Positions 18,686 to 27,957 of a stretch of 64,000 bases of DNA are shown here, in pieces. The notes under the pieces are model-generated. The model was not told where the DNA came from. It made no database searches and worked only from the letters and a program-made list of their open reading frames with translations. Location of the stretch: assembly GCA_963789905.1 (NCBI GenBank), contig CAWBMK010000001.1, forward strand, positions 1,218,769 through 1,282,768. Reading direction: 5' to 3'. The translations under genes and the position numbers were made by a program. This DNA comes from an uncultured Chloroflexia bacterium (GTDB lineage: Bacteria; Chloroflexota; Limnocylindria; Limnocylindrales; CSP1-4). The number at the start of each line of letters is the position of its first letter. Position 1 is the stretch's first letter.

Positions 18686-18722
18686 GTGGTTCCTCCGCGC
18701 CTGACGCCCTCCGGGCGCGCCA
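18686..18722. repeat. tRNA-Arg 3'-end-derived GC-rich palindromic hairpin, copy a
   Basis: ggtggttcctccgcgcctgacg + ccctccgggcgcgcca. The last 16 nt equal tRNA positions 61-76. Lies between the divergent MFS and sigma-factor gene starts. Confidence 0.7.
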
Positions 18723-18862
18723 TTTCCGACCGTTTCGGGCTGTGTGAGTGTCAGGCTGTGGGCGCACGCCGACGGCGTCAGCCCGATCGTCACGAGCGTC
18801 CTCCCTGAGACCGCGTCGGTCGCCGGGGAATCACTTCGCGCGTACCGTGCATCTATGCGGCG

Positions 18863-19417
18863 ATGGTCACCACGATGAGCGGCGCTGGCGAGACTGCGGC
18901 AGCACTGATGAGCAGTGCCGTGAAGGGCGACGAGGTCGCCTTCGCCCGGATCGTCGACGCCCACCACGCCGACATGGCGAGCGTCTGTTTCGTGGTCACA
19001 GGCGGTGACGCGGATCTAACCGAGGAAGCGGTCCAGTCGGCCTGGACGATCGCCTGGCGTAAGCTGGACACGATCCGCGACCCAGAGCGCCTCCGGCCGT
19101 GGCTCATCTCGATCGCCGTCAACGAGGCCCGTCAGCTCGCGCGCCGCCAGAGACGTGGTCGCGTGCTCGAGATAGCGGTCGCCGCCGATCCCTCGACCGC
19201 GAGCTTGACGGATCCGGCCGGTCACGCCAGCGACATCGACCTGCGGAATGCCCTGGCCAGGATGAAGCCCGAGGACCGGACGCTGATCGCGCTCCGCTAC
19301 GTCGCGGGCTTCGACTCCACGGAGCTCGCCCGCGTGCTCGGCATGAGTCCGTCTGGCACCCGGGCCCGACTCGCCCGTCTGCTGGACAGCCTTCGATCGG
19401 AGTTGGGTGATGGATGA
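18863..19417 (+). CDS. ECF (sigma-70 family) RNA polymerase sigma factor
   Basis: ORF 18863..19417. Region 2 (AFARIVDAHHADMASVCFVVTGGDADLTEEAVQSAWTIAWRKLDTIRDPERLRPWLISIAVNEAR) and region 4 (LIALRYVAGFDSTELARVLGMSPSGTRARLARLL). Confidence 0.85.
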   Translation: MVTTMSGAGETAAALMSSAVKGDEVAFARIVDAHHADMASVCFVVTGGDADLTEEAVQSAWTIAWRKLDTIRDPERLRPWLISIAVNEARQLARRQRRGRVLEIAVAADPSTASLTDPAGHASDIDLRNALARMKPEDRTLIALRYVAGFDSTELARVLGMSPSGTRARLARLLDSLRSELGDG

Positions 19418-20792
19418 CATGGTGCTGTTCGAGCGCCGATTCGAGGAGCGCGTCCGTGCGTTCGGCTGGGCCGGCGTGCAGCCGGTGGACGCGGCGGTCA
19501 TTGCCCATGCCATCGCGGTCGGCCATCCCAGAAACGCTGATGCCGGCCGACGCCGAAGCCTGTTCGGGTTCGCCGTCCCTCGCCGGGCGCTGACGTTCGT
19601 GCTGCTCCTCGGCCTGCTCCTGGCCCTGCTCGGCGGAGCCCTGCTGGTCGGTGCTCGCCTCTTCACTCCCGCGCTTCAGGGCGCGCTCGGGTGGATCGCG
19701 TTCACCGTGTCGCAACCCCTGTCCGGCCAGGATGAGGACCTCGACATCTGGCTGGTCGCCCTGGACGCGCGAGCCCGGCGTGCCGTCGGCACCGATACCG
19801 ACAGCGTCGATCAGCTCTGTCCCGCCTTCTCGCCAGACGGTGTGAGCCTTGCGTACGGGCGGACCGAGACGTCGGCCCTGGTGGTTGCCGACGTGAGCCC
19901 TGACGGCCGCGTCACCGATCGCCTGACGATCGACGTGGGCGACGACCTGCCACCACCGTGTCCCGTCTGGTCGCCGACGGGTGGCCAGATGGCGTTCGGC
20001 GTGAACCGCACTTCGCCCATCAATGCACAGGCGCCGGCCGCGGGGAGCGAGGTATGGATTGCGACCCTCGGGGATGGGTCCATCAAGGTTCTGCCGGACC
20101 TGTTGGCGACCGACCTCGAGTGGTCACCCGATGGCAGCGTCCTGGCGATTGCGAGCGGAACCGGAGAACTCGACGGTGGCCACCTGCGTGACGGGCGGAT
20201 CCACCTCGTTGCGCCGTCGTCAGGCGAGGATCGGACGCTCGACGAGACGGCAGGAGCCATCGAACTGACGTGGTCACCCGATGGCCGGTACCTCGCCTAC
20301 GCGGCCCTGGACCTCTCGGCGCCGGGCGACACCGACGTCGTGCTCCGCGTCATCGAGGTCGCAACCGGGCAGCAACGCACGCTGGCGGGCCCGTACACGA
20401 TCCTGCACGGGATCGGACCTGTCTGGTCGCCCGACGGCGAGACGATCGTCTACCAGCGGGGGGGCGGGGGCGGCGAGCGGAGCGAGGTCGTCCTGTTGAC
20501 CCCGGGTGACCTGTCTGACCCGTCTGCTGACCCCCACGAGGTGGTCGTACCGGCGACCGAGAATGGGTCCCGAGGACAGCTCTCTCCGTACCGTGTCACT
20601 TGGTCGCCGGACGGCCGGCACCTGCTCATGATGGCGTGGGGAGGCCCGCCGGACGGCCTCCTGGCAGTTCCGGTCGACCCGGCGGAGCCGCCAGTCGTCT
20701 TGTCCCAGGTGGAGGGTCTGGTGGCGTACGACGGCTACGACGACTCGACCTTCGTGCCGATCCAGGTCTGGGGGCGCGCTCCGGCGGACTGA
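19407..20792 (+). CDS. putative anti-sigma factor: single TM plus extracytoplasmic PD40/TolB-like beta-propeller
   Basis: ORF 19407..20792, start overlaps sigma stop. TM at RALTFVLLLGLLLALLGGALLVGA. Repeated WSPDG motifs (WSPTGGQMAF, WSPDGSVLAIA, WSPDGRYLAYA, WSPDGETIVY, WSPDGRHLLM). Confidence 0.65.
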   Translation: MMDDMVLFERRFEERVRAFGWAGVQPVDAAVIAHAIAVGHPRNADAGRRRSLFGFAVPRRALTFVLLLGLLLALLGGALLVGARLFTPALQGALGWIAFTVSQPLSGQDEDLDIWLVALDARARRAVGTDTDSVDQLCPAFSPDGVSLAYGRTETSALVVADVSPDGRVTDRLTIDVGDDLPPPCPVWSPTGGQMAFGVNRTSPINAQAPAAGSEVWIATLGDGSIKVLPDLLATDLEWSPDGSVLAIASGTGELDGGHLRDGRIHLVAPSSGEDRTLDETAGAIELTWSPDGRYLAYAALDLSAPGDTDVVLRVIEVATGQQRTLAGPYTILHGIGPVWSPDGETIVYQRGGGGGERSEVVLLTPGDLSDPSADPHEVVVPATENGSRGQLSPYRVTWSPDGRHLLMMAWGGPPDGLLAVPVDPAEPPVVLSQVEGLVAYDGYDDSTFVPIQVWGRAPAD

Positions 20793-20934
20793 GCGATGCC
20801 GCGCGACGGTTCCCGCCGCGCTTGGGCAGCCACCTGGCAGCACGATCGGACGTCAGCGGGTGGTCGGCGGCGGACTCTCCGCCGCGCCACTCACCACGCG
20901 ATCGGCCAGCTGCCGGACCGGCACGCTAGTACCT

Positions 20935-20982
20935 GTGTTGTTCCTGCGCGCCTGACGCCCTCCGGGCGCGCCAGAACAACAC
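20935..20982. repeat. tRNA-Arg 3'-end-derived palindromic hairpin, copy b (near-perfect 17-bp stem)
   Basis: gtgttgttcctgcgcgcc tgacgccctcc gggcgcgccagaacaacac. 25 nt (ccctccgggcgcgccagaacaacac, shown as ccctcc gggcgcgccagaacaacac) identical to tRNA 3' end plus flank. Left arm is its inverted complement. Sits between convergent gene ends (19407..20792 + and 21098..21973 -). Confidence 0.75.
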
Positions 20983-21097
20983 GATGCGAGGCTTTACGAC
21001 CTCCTGCCCGAGTTCCGGTCGCTCTTCACGGCCGAGGCCAGGCTCTGAGCACGATAGTGCCGCGACCGTTGACGGCCGCGGAGCTGGAGCGAGCAAC

Positions 21098-21973
21098 TCA
21101 CGAGGACACGGGGTGGGTGACGATCGGCATCGGCGTGTCCCACCGGCCCGTCCCGATCGACACCGCCACCAGCGCCGCAGCCAACCGCCGGCGAAGCTCG
21201 CTCGCGACGGCCGTCTGAGCACCGGTCGGGACCCGCTGCTGGAGCCTGATCGATGCGCCGTCCATGCCGATCCCGGTGACCCAGATATCGATCGGGGCAT
21301 CGGCGACGAACGTGTCGGCCCACGCGGCGTCATCGCCCATGTCACCCGCGACCTTAGCGGCGATCGCCAGGGCGTGATCTAGGTCGGCGGCTTGCAGGAC
21401 CTGGAAGTCGACGACAGCCACCGAGAACAGGCGCGTGAGGTTGGAGGAAATCCTGATGAATCCGTTCGATACAGCGTGCGAGGAGCCCATCGCGTCGCGC
21501 AGCATCGTCCGGCGCAGACCGATCTCCTCGACGACCCCTTCGACTCCGGGTTGACCGCTAACGGTCACGTAATCGCCGTTGAAGTACGGACCCTCCACGA
21601 GGATCAGGAACCCCATCACATAATCCAGGACTACGTCCCTCGTGGCGAACACGACGGCCACGAGCATGAGGACGATGGCGCCGAGGATGGCCCATAGTTC
21701 GAAGACGGCCAACAGCATGACCACAAACCCGGCCAGCACACCTACGCGGACGAGCTTGAGGAGCAGGTCTTCGATCGTCCCGATGCGCTTCTGTACCTCG
21801 TCGGTTGAGCGCGTCTCGGACGGTAGGTGAGCTGCCTGCGCATTGATGACGGCGGGTACGACGCGGTGGATGGTCGTGACCCCTACCCGATAGATCAGGA
21901 GCAGGACCGCCGTGCCTATCAGGAGCTGTGCCCCATGGCCGAGGACCCAGCGGATCACGTCGTTCAGGTCCAT
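21098..21973 (-). CDS. small-conductance mechanosensitive channel (MscS family)
   Basis: ORF 21098..22000. ATG 21973 preceded by GAGGT. TM helices then beta-domain (GDYVTVSGQPGVEGVVEEIGLRRTMLRDAMGSSHAVSNGFIRISSN). Confidence 0.8.
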   Translation of the reverse strand: MDLNDVIRWVLGHGAQLLIGTAVLLLIYRVGVTTIHRVVPAVINAQAAHLPSETRSTDEVQKRIGTIEDLLLKLVRVGVLAGFVVMLLAVFELWAILGAIVLMLVAVVFATRDVVLDYVMGFLILVEGPYFNGDYVTVSGQPGVEGVVEEIGLRRTMLRDAMGSSHAVSNGFIRISSNLTRLFSVAVVDFQVLQAADLDHALAIAAKVAGDMGDDAAWADTFVADAPIDIWVTGIGMDGASIRLQQRVPTGAQTAVASELRRRLAAALVAVSIGTGRWDTPMPIVTHPVSS

Positions 21974-22192
21974 ATCACTACCTCGATGAGGATCCTCCAC
22001 CTGCGTAGGTTGCCGGTCGGATGTGGCGGGATGACTCGCGACAGTCTGCCTGAGCCGATTGGTGCATTGTGCGAAACGTGGCGGATGGGAGGTCGCGCCT
22101 CGTCGGGGGTCATCTTGATCCTATCCCGGGTGCCCCTGTTCGAGCTCGAGAGGAACACTCTGACCCTTCGTCCGTAGCTGGACGGACTGACA

Positions 22193-22234
22193 TTGTTGTT
22201 ACTGCGCGCCCTAAGCCCTCCGGGCGCGCCAGAT
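22193..22234. repeat. tRNA-Arg 3'-end-derived palindromic hairpin, copy c (more diverged)
   Basis: ttgttgttactgcgcgccctaag + ccctccgggcgcgccaga. Located just 3' of the MBL-hydrolase gene stop (22263) and 5' of the MscS start. Confidence 0.7.
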
Positions 22235-22262
22235 ACGGATGACTCCCCGGTCTCTCCCGTGA

Positions 22263-23096
22263 TCAGGCCGGATGCCAGCGCTGACTGCGGCCACGTCCCC
22301 GCACCCAGCCGAACGGTCGTCCGAAATGACTCACTGCCATGCCCCAGCGCTCGTCCCGTGCCCGGGTGAGCAATCCGATCCGCGATGCGACCCCGAGCCC
22401 GGGCTCCACGTCATGGCTCGACTCCCACTCCGGGTGGGAGACCTGGATCGGCAGATGCAGAATGTCGCCCGTGAGGAGCATCGAGGATGCGCCGTCGGTC
22501 AGCACCACACTGCGGTGACCCGGCGTGTGCCCGGGGCTGTGCAGGACCCGCACCCCTGGAGCGACCTCACGATCAGCGGGATCCAGGTCCAGCATCCCGA
22601 GCTCCTCGAGTCGGCGCATCGCGCTCCGTCCCTCGGACTCCTCGGTGCCGTCTTGGCGCGCGAAGAAGTCCCAATCGGCGGGGTGGACGTGATGGACCGC
22701 ATTTGGGAACCGAGGTTCACCGCCCGGCCGGCACGCGCCACCGGCGTGATCCGAATGGAGATGCGTGTGGATCACGTGCCGCACGTCCGCCACGGTGACG
22801 CCCGCCGAAACTAGCTCGTCGTCGATCCGCCCCGTCACGTCGTACGGGGAACGTCCGAGGTGGCCGATCCCGCAGTCGATGAGCACCGATCCGGCGCTGA
22901 GCCGCAGCAGGAACGCGTGAACGTGCCAGGCCCAGCTGTCGATATCCTCACCGGCGAACGCCCACGGGAACGCCTCGCGCTCCGAAGACCAGTCGACGTC
23001 GTGGCCGGGCACCTCGCCCGCGAGCGGCAATGACACCCAACCGTCGCAGAGGGGAACGACCTCGACGCTCCCGACCCTAACCAAGGGATGGACCAT
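22263..23096 (-). CDS. MBL-fold metallo-hydrolase
   Basis: ORF 22263..23096. HxHxDH motif (VIHTHLHSDHAGGA), downstream HSPGHTPGH and TGD. Confidence 0.8.
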   Translation of the reverse strand: MVHPLVRVGSVEVVPLCDGWVSLPLAGEVPGHDVDWSSEREAFPWAFAGEDIDSWAWHVHAFLLRLSAGSVLIDCGIGHLGRSPYDVTGRIDDELVSAGVTVADVRHVIHTHLHSDHAGGACRPGGEPRFPNAVHHVHPADWDFFARQDGTEESEGRSAMRRLEELGMLDLDPADREVAPGVRVLHSPGHTPGHRSVVLTDGASSMLLTGDILHLPIQVSHPEWESSHDVEPGLGVASRIGLLTRARDERWGMAVSHFGRPFGWVRGRGRSQRWHPA

Positions 23097-23344
23097 GTCG
23101 GTAGCCTAAGACACGGGGGAGGCACCGAGGAAGGGCTCGGGAGGCACCAGGGACCTGCGGCTTGGCACCCGGCCGCGATCACACAAAGACCCACAACCAA
23201 CGCCAATCGCGTCACGTGCCGCTGTCGGGCAATGCTCGCCAATCGACGGTCACTTGACCTTCAAGTGACTCGAAGGTGTAGGGTTCAGCCTGTGAAGGTC
23301 GCCCTGCGAGCCTCAGGACGAGGGCGCCGCGCGTCCATCGCCAG

Positions 23345-23989
23345 TTGAGGTCCCTCCCGCTTGGGCCGGCCATCGTCGCGGAAACGGTGGGCACGTTCGC
23401 CCTCGTCTTTGCGGGGTGTGGCGCGATAGCGGTCGGCTCCCTCGGTGGGACAGGGATCGCGGCAGCGTTCGGGCTCGCGATCATGACGATGATCTACGCC
23501 CTTGGGCATGTCTCGGGGGCGCACTTCAATCCCGCCGTGACCGCGGCATTCGTCGTCGGTCGACACTTCCCGTTATCCCGCGCCCTCCCTTATTGGGGTG
23601 CCCAGGCGGCTGGGGCCATCGCCGCGGCAGCGCTCCTGCAGCTGACGCTCGGCGACTCCGTAAGCCGTGCGGTAACGCAGCCGACGGGCAGCGACGGGCA
23701 GGCCCTTATTTGGGAGATGGCGCTGACGTTCTTTCTCATGCTCGTGATCGTGGCCGTCGCCACGGACACTCGCGCCCTGGGTGAGGCAGCAGCTATTGCG
23801 ATCGGTGGCGCGGTCGCGATGGGGTCTCTCGTGGGCGGGCCCGTCAGTGGGGCCTCCATGAACCCGGCGCGCTCGCTCGGCCCCGCCCTCGTGACCGGAG
23901 ACCTCAATGATCTCTGGATCTACGTCATCGGACCGATCATCGGGGCGACACTCGCTGTGCTTCTCTATGGCTACATTCACGACCCGTGA
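23345..23989 (+). CDS. MIP-family channel (aquaporin/glycerol facilitator)
   Basis: ORF 23345..23989 (TTG start in track; true start uncertain). Two NPA boxes (SGAHFNPAVT and SGASMNPARS), 6 TM. Confidence 0.85.
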   Translation: MRSLPLGPAIVAETVGTFALVFAGCGAIAVGSLGGTGIAAAFGLAIMTMIYALGHVSGAHFNPAVTAAFVVGRHFPLSRALPYWGAQAAGAIAAAALLQLTLGDSVSRAVTQPTGSDGQALIWEMALTFFLMLVIVAVATDTRALGEAAAIAIGGAVAMGSLVGGPVSGASMNPARSLGPALVTGDLNDLWIYVIGPIIGATLAVLLYGYIHDP

Positions 23990-24002
23990 TCCGGACGCAA
24001 GC

Positions 24003-24047
24003 GTTGTCGTTCGCACGCGCCTGACGCCCTCCGGGCGCGCCAGAACA
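24003..24047. repeat. tRNA-Arg 3'-end-derived palindromic hairpin, copy d
   Basis: gttgtcgttcgcacgcgcctgacg + ccctccgggcgcgccagaaca. Between convergent ends of the aquaporin (+) and PHP-domain (-) genes. Confidence 0.7.
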
Positions 24048-24156
24048 GCCCTGCTCCGTGCGCGTCGAGGTCAGGTGTGGCCCGCAGGTCCCCGACCAAT
24101 AGGTCGTCGAGACCGCCACCTGGGTCGTCTATCCGTTCAAATGCGGCAACTAGCGG

Positions 24157-24858
24157 TCAGCTGGCTCGCTGATCGACACCTCGACCGAGGAGGTCGCGGA
24201 TGGTAGCCCGGCGCCCTTCACCCCGGGTGACGCGATCGCGGATCGCCGTCACGAGGTCGTCCCAGGTGTTGCCCGGGAAGGTCGTCAGGCCTCGGCCGAC
24301 CATGCGAGGACTGTGGGCATCGGATCCGCCGACGAGCGCGTAGCCGCAGGCCACGGCGATCTCCTCCACCCGTCGCCGCCAGCGCGGCAGCCAGAGGGCG
24401 GTCGGGTGCATCGTCTCGAGGGCATCCGGGCGATGGCGGACATCCGCCTGGGCCAGGTCCAGCAGGACATCGGCCTGGGCGGCCACGCGGGCGTTCACCA
24501 GCGGGTGGGCGACGACGGCGATCCCACCCTGGTCGTGGACGGCCGCCACGGAATCGGCCATCGGCATGCCGGCCGAAACGAAACCCCGGAGGCCGATCCC
24601 GAGCAGGTGACCCTGGCGCGTGCCGACCTCCTCGCCGAGGACGACCGTGGTCCGGAGCCCTTCGTCCTGCGCCCGTGCGACGAGCGCCTTCGCGACGTCG
24701 ATCCAGTCGTGGTCGGTCAGCACCGCCAGATCCAACCCACAGGTTGCCAGCGCGGCGTACATCGCCCGTGGCGTCCGGCGGCTGATGGCGTCGCCGCTGG
24801 GATGGATGTGCAGGTCGGCTCGGCCGATCGTCGGATTCGGCTGCATCCGGCCGATCAT
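24157..24858 (-). CDS. PHP-domain (polymerase/histidinol-phosphatase-like) metal-dependent phosphoesterase
   Basis: C-terminal 233 aa of ORF 24157..25719. RADLHIHPSGDA, LAVLTDHD, GGSDAHS motifs. N-terminal 290 aa of the ORF are antisense to the flavoprotein gene and rejected. Confidence 0.7.
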   Translation of the reverse strand: MIGRMQPNPTIGRADLHIHPSGDAISRRTPRAMYAALATCGLDLAVLTDHDWIDVAKALVARAQDEGLRTTVVLGEEVGTRQGHLLGIGLRGFVSAGMPMADSVAAVHDQGGIAVVAHPLVNARVAAQADVLLDLAQADVRHRPDALETMHPTALWLPRWRRRVEEIAVACGYALVGGSDAHSPRMVGRGLTTFPGNTWDDLVTAIRDRVTRGEGRRATIRDLLGRGVDQRAS

Positions 24859-24936
24859 CCCAGAGCGCGGCTGATGCTGTAGCCAGCCGCCACGCCACAG
24901 GTCCCTCGATCCGGCGGTTCGGCTAACGTAGGCCCG

Positions 24937-26214
24937 ATGACGCGGCAAGGTCCGGCCCGGAACATCGACACCGTCGTGGTGGGAGCCGGACAGGCCGGTC
25001 TGATCGTCAGCGACCAGCTGCGGCGCGTCGGCCGGGAGCACGTCGTCCTCGAGCGGCGAGCGACGCTCGGCGGCGGCTGGCAGGATCGCTGGGACGCGTT
25101 TCGGTTGGTCTCGCCGAACTGGACGACCTCGATCGACGGATTCCCCTACCGCGGTGCCGATCCGGACGGTTTCATGCCCCGCGACGAGATCGTCGATCAC
25201 TTCCGGGCGTACGCGGCGTCGATCGGCGCCTCGGTCGAGCTCGGCACGGACGTCACGAGCCTGGAGGCGAGCGATGGTGGCCCGGTCCGCTTCCGCCTGG
25301 CGACGAGCCGAGGCCGGATCGACGCCAACCTGGTCATTGTCGCCGGTGGGCCGTTCCAGGTGCCGTTCGTGCCGGCGATCGGGCGAGCCATCGATCGTTC
25401 CGTGTACCAGCTCCACGTGCACGACTACCGAAACCCGGACTCCCTCCCACCCGGCGGCATCCTCCTCGTCGGGAGCGGCCAGTCCGGAGTCCAGCTGGCC
25501 GAGGAGCTCATCGCCGCGGGCCGATCCGTGACGATGGCCGTCGGCCGCTGTGGACGGTTCCCCAGAACGTATCGTGGCCGCGACATCTTCTGGTGGCTGC
25601 GGGAGCTCGCGACGCGGGGCCCCAATGTGGGAACCGGTCTGCCCACGCCGGCATCGCTGCCGGACTCGAAGCTGCGATTCGCGTGCAATCCCCAGCTGAG
25701 CGGTCACGGCGCGCGACACGACACGAACCTGCGCACGATGGCGGCGTCCGGCCTGCGGCTCGTCGGCCGCCTCGAAGCCGCCGCCGGCACGCGCCTCCGG
25801 TTCGGAGCGGACCTATCCGCCAGCCTTCGCTTTGCCGACGGCTTCTTCGGCGAACGGTTCAAGCTCAGCTTCGACCTGTTCGCCGAGCGCACTGGCCTTG
25901 CGCTGCCTCCTGATGACCTCGCCCAGGTCGAGTTCGAGCCACCCGAGGTGGCCGAGATCGACTTGGCGGCCGAGAACATCACGAGCGTTCTCTGGACAAG
26001 TGGTTATCGGCCGGCCTTCGGCTGGATCCACTTGCCGGTCTTCGATGAGCTCGGGCTGCCGATCCAGGTCGGCGGGGTCGCGAGCGTGCCCGGTCTGGCT
26101 TTCATCGGCACGCCGTGGTTGGTCGACCTGGGCTCCGCCAACCTCGTCGGCGTCGAGCGGGATGCGGCCGCCCTAGTGACGACGTTGGCGGCCACCGGGA
26201 TCGCGTCAGCCTAG
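24937..26214 (+). CDS. FAD/NAD(P)-binding flavoprotein oxidoreductase (flavin-monooxygenase-like)
   Basis: ORF 24937..26214. Two dinucleotide-binding motifs VVVGAGQAGL and LLVGSGQSGVQLAEEL. Confidence 0.75.
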   Translation: MTRQGPARNIDTVVVGAGQAGLIVSDQLRRVGREHVVLERRATLGGGWQDRWDAFRLVSPNWTTSIDGFPYRGADPDGFMPRDEIVDHFRAYAASIGASVELGTDVTSLEASDGGPVRFRLATSRGRIDANLVIVAGGPFQVPFVPAIGRAIDRSVYQLHVHDYRNPDSLPPGGILLVGSGQSGVQLAEELIAAGRSVTMAVGRCGRFPRTYRGRDIFWWLRELATRGPNVGTGLPTPASLPDSKLRFACNPQLSGHGARHDTNLRTMAASGLRLVGRLEAAAGTRLRFGADLSASLRFADGFFGERFKLSFDLFAERTGLALPPDDLAQVEFEPPEVAEIDLAAENITSVLWTSGYRPAFGWIHLPVFDELGLPIQVGGVASVPGLAFIGTPWLVDLGSANLVGVERDAAALVTTLAATGIASA

Positions 26215-26429
26215 GGTCAGGGGGCCGGGTGGGATGGCTCCTCACGACCAGACGTCGCAGTTGCGACCGCCTCGGTATCGGGAACACCGCCGGGAAGGGT
26301 GTGTCGCCTCTCGACGACAGCGCGACAATGCCATGGAGTTCGGAGCGATTGCCCCTCACAGGCGGTCGAGGCGCCCGACGAACTCTTGAGGGATGCGGCG
26401 AGAATGTTCAGCGCATCGCGGCCACGGGA

Positions 26430-26987
26430 ATGAGCCCGATCGAGGTCATCGCGGTCGCCCTGATCGTTGCGGCGAAGTTCCTGCTGCCCCTCCTGATCAT
26501 CCCCTTCCCGTTCGCGGCCGGGTGGGCGAACTTCTTCCTCGACGGCTTCGACGGCGACCTGCTCGTCCCGCTGGGTCTGCCGAACGAGATCTACCAACCT
26601 GTCGACAAGCTGTCCGACTGGGTCACGTATGTCGCGATCGTCATCGTGGCCTACCGGAACCTGTGGCCGACGAAGCACCTGATGCTCGGTCTCTTCGTGT
26701 TCCGCTCGATCGGCCAGGTCAGCTTCCTCATCACCGGCAACGAGCTCCTGCTCGCATTCTTCCCGAACTTCCTCGAGCCGCTCTTCCTCGTGACCGCATC
26801 GATCCTCGCCTGGGAGCGGGTGGTGCGCCACTTTCCCGACTGGCAGGAACGCGGCTTCGCCGTCCTCAAGCGATACCGCTGGCTCATCGGCACCGTGATC
26901 GTCGTCTACAAGCTGGTGGACGAGTGGCTCACCCATGTCGGCAACATCGACCGGAGCGAATGGCTCCAGAGGCTCCTCGGCGGCTAG
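26430..26987 (+). CDS. integral membrane protein, function unknown
   Basis: ATG 26430 within ORF 26115..26987. Four or five hydrophobic helices (MSPIEVIAVALIVAAKFLLPLLIIPFPFAAGWANFFL...). Antisense ORF 26217..27107 (Asp/Glu/Arg-rich) rejected. Confidence 0.5.
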   Translation: MSPIEVIAVALIVAAKFLLPLLIIPFPFAAGWANFFLDGFDGDLLVPLGLPNEIYQPVDKLSDWVTYVAIVIVAYRNLWPTKHLMLGLFVFRSIGQVSFLITGNELLLAFFPNFLEPLFLVTASILAWERVVRHFPDWQERGFAVLKRYRWLIGTVIVVYKLVDEWLTHVGNIDRSEWLQRLLGG

Positions 26988-27069
26988 CTCTCGGAGCGGG
27001 GCAATCCTTCGGCATCGCCAGGCGCTCGCAGGGCGCGCCTGAACATGGAGTGTGACGTAGAGTCGGACG

Positions 27070-27735
27070 ATGGCTGCCTCGCCCAGAGCCTTCGTCCTGC
27101 GCCACACGCAACTTCAGCCGATCCCGGGGCTCGAGGAGATCCGTCTCCACCTCGCTGACGACCCGCTGCCGCTCTGGCGTGCCGTCCAGATCGAGACACA
27201 GGACGTAGATGCGGCCATTCCGTACTGGGCGTTCGCGTGGGCCGGCGGCCTCGCGATCGGGCGCTACCTTCGTGAGCACCCAGAGGCCGCAGCGGGTCGG
27301 CGAGTCTTCGATCTGGCATCCGGCTCAGGCCTGTGCGCGATCGCCTCGATGCACGCCGGCGCGGCCGAGGCTACGGGCGCGGACATCGACACCTTCGCCG
27401 CCGCAGCGATCGAGCTCAACGCGCGCGCGAATGGTCGCCGCGTGACCATCGTGCGTCGCGACGTCCTGGACGAGGAGCCCCCCGACGTCGACGTCATCCT
27501 GGCCGGCGACTGCTGGTACGAAGCCGGCCTTGCCGAACGCGTGTTGCCGTGGCTGCATCGGGCGCGGCACCGCGGAACGGATGTCCTGATCGGCGACCCG
27601 GGCCGCCGCTACCTGCCCACCGACGAGCTGGTCGAGCTCGCGGCCTACGACGTTCGCACCACGACCGAGCTCGAGGACCTCGAGCGCACGCAGGGCCGCG
27701 TCTATGCCCTGCGACCCGCCGACGATAGGACGTAG
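27070..27735 (+). CDS. class I SAM-dependent methyltransferase (PrmA/Methyltransf_16-like)
   Basis: ORF 27070..27735. IPYWAFAWAGGLAIGRYL...GRRVFDLASGSGLCAIA (motif I), DVILAGDCWYE. Confidence 0.65.
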   Translation: MAASPRAFVLRHTQLQPIPGLEEIRLHLADDPLPLWRAVQIETQDVDAAIPYWAFAWAGGLAIGRYLREHPEAAAGRRVFDLASGSGLCAIASMHAGAAEATGADIDTFAAAAIELNARANGRRVTIVRRDVLDEEPPDVDVILAGDCWYEAGLAERVLPWLHRARHRGTDVLIGDPGRRYLPTDELVELAAYDVRTTTELEDLERTQGRVYALRPADDRT

Positions 27736-27957
27736 GGTCGCGAGGCTGCGATGACCCGAGTCACCGCCGCCTACGGGTGGGATGCCAACGAGATGGGGCA
27801 GATGGCGCTCGAGGGGATCGAGTCGACGTGGCTCGATCCACACCCGATCGGACGGCGCTCGCCCGGGAATTCGAAGGTGTCCTCGCCGCCCTCTGACCGG
27901 CCGGAACTCGCCGCCGCCCTATCATTGCTCGCTCCCCCGACCTAGCGAACTGGATCC

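Noticed and set aside
16584-24047. The tRNA-Arg-adjacent 7.5 kb as an intact integrated mobile element
   Set aside because: No integrase, excisionase, transposase or conjugation gene is present. The tRNA-derived hairpins are better described as repeat or terminator elements, or old att scars.
24859-25719. N-terminal 290 codons of ORF 24157..25719
   Set aside because: Antisense to the flavoprotein oxidoreductase gene 24937..26214. The PHP-domain homology begins only at ATG 24858.
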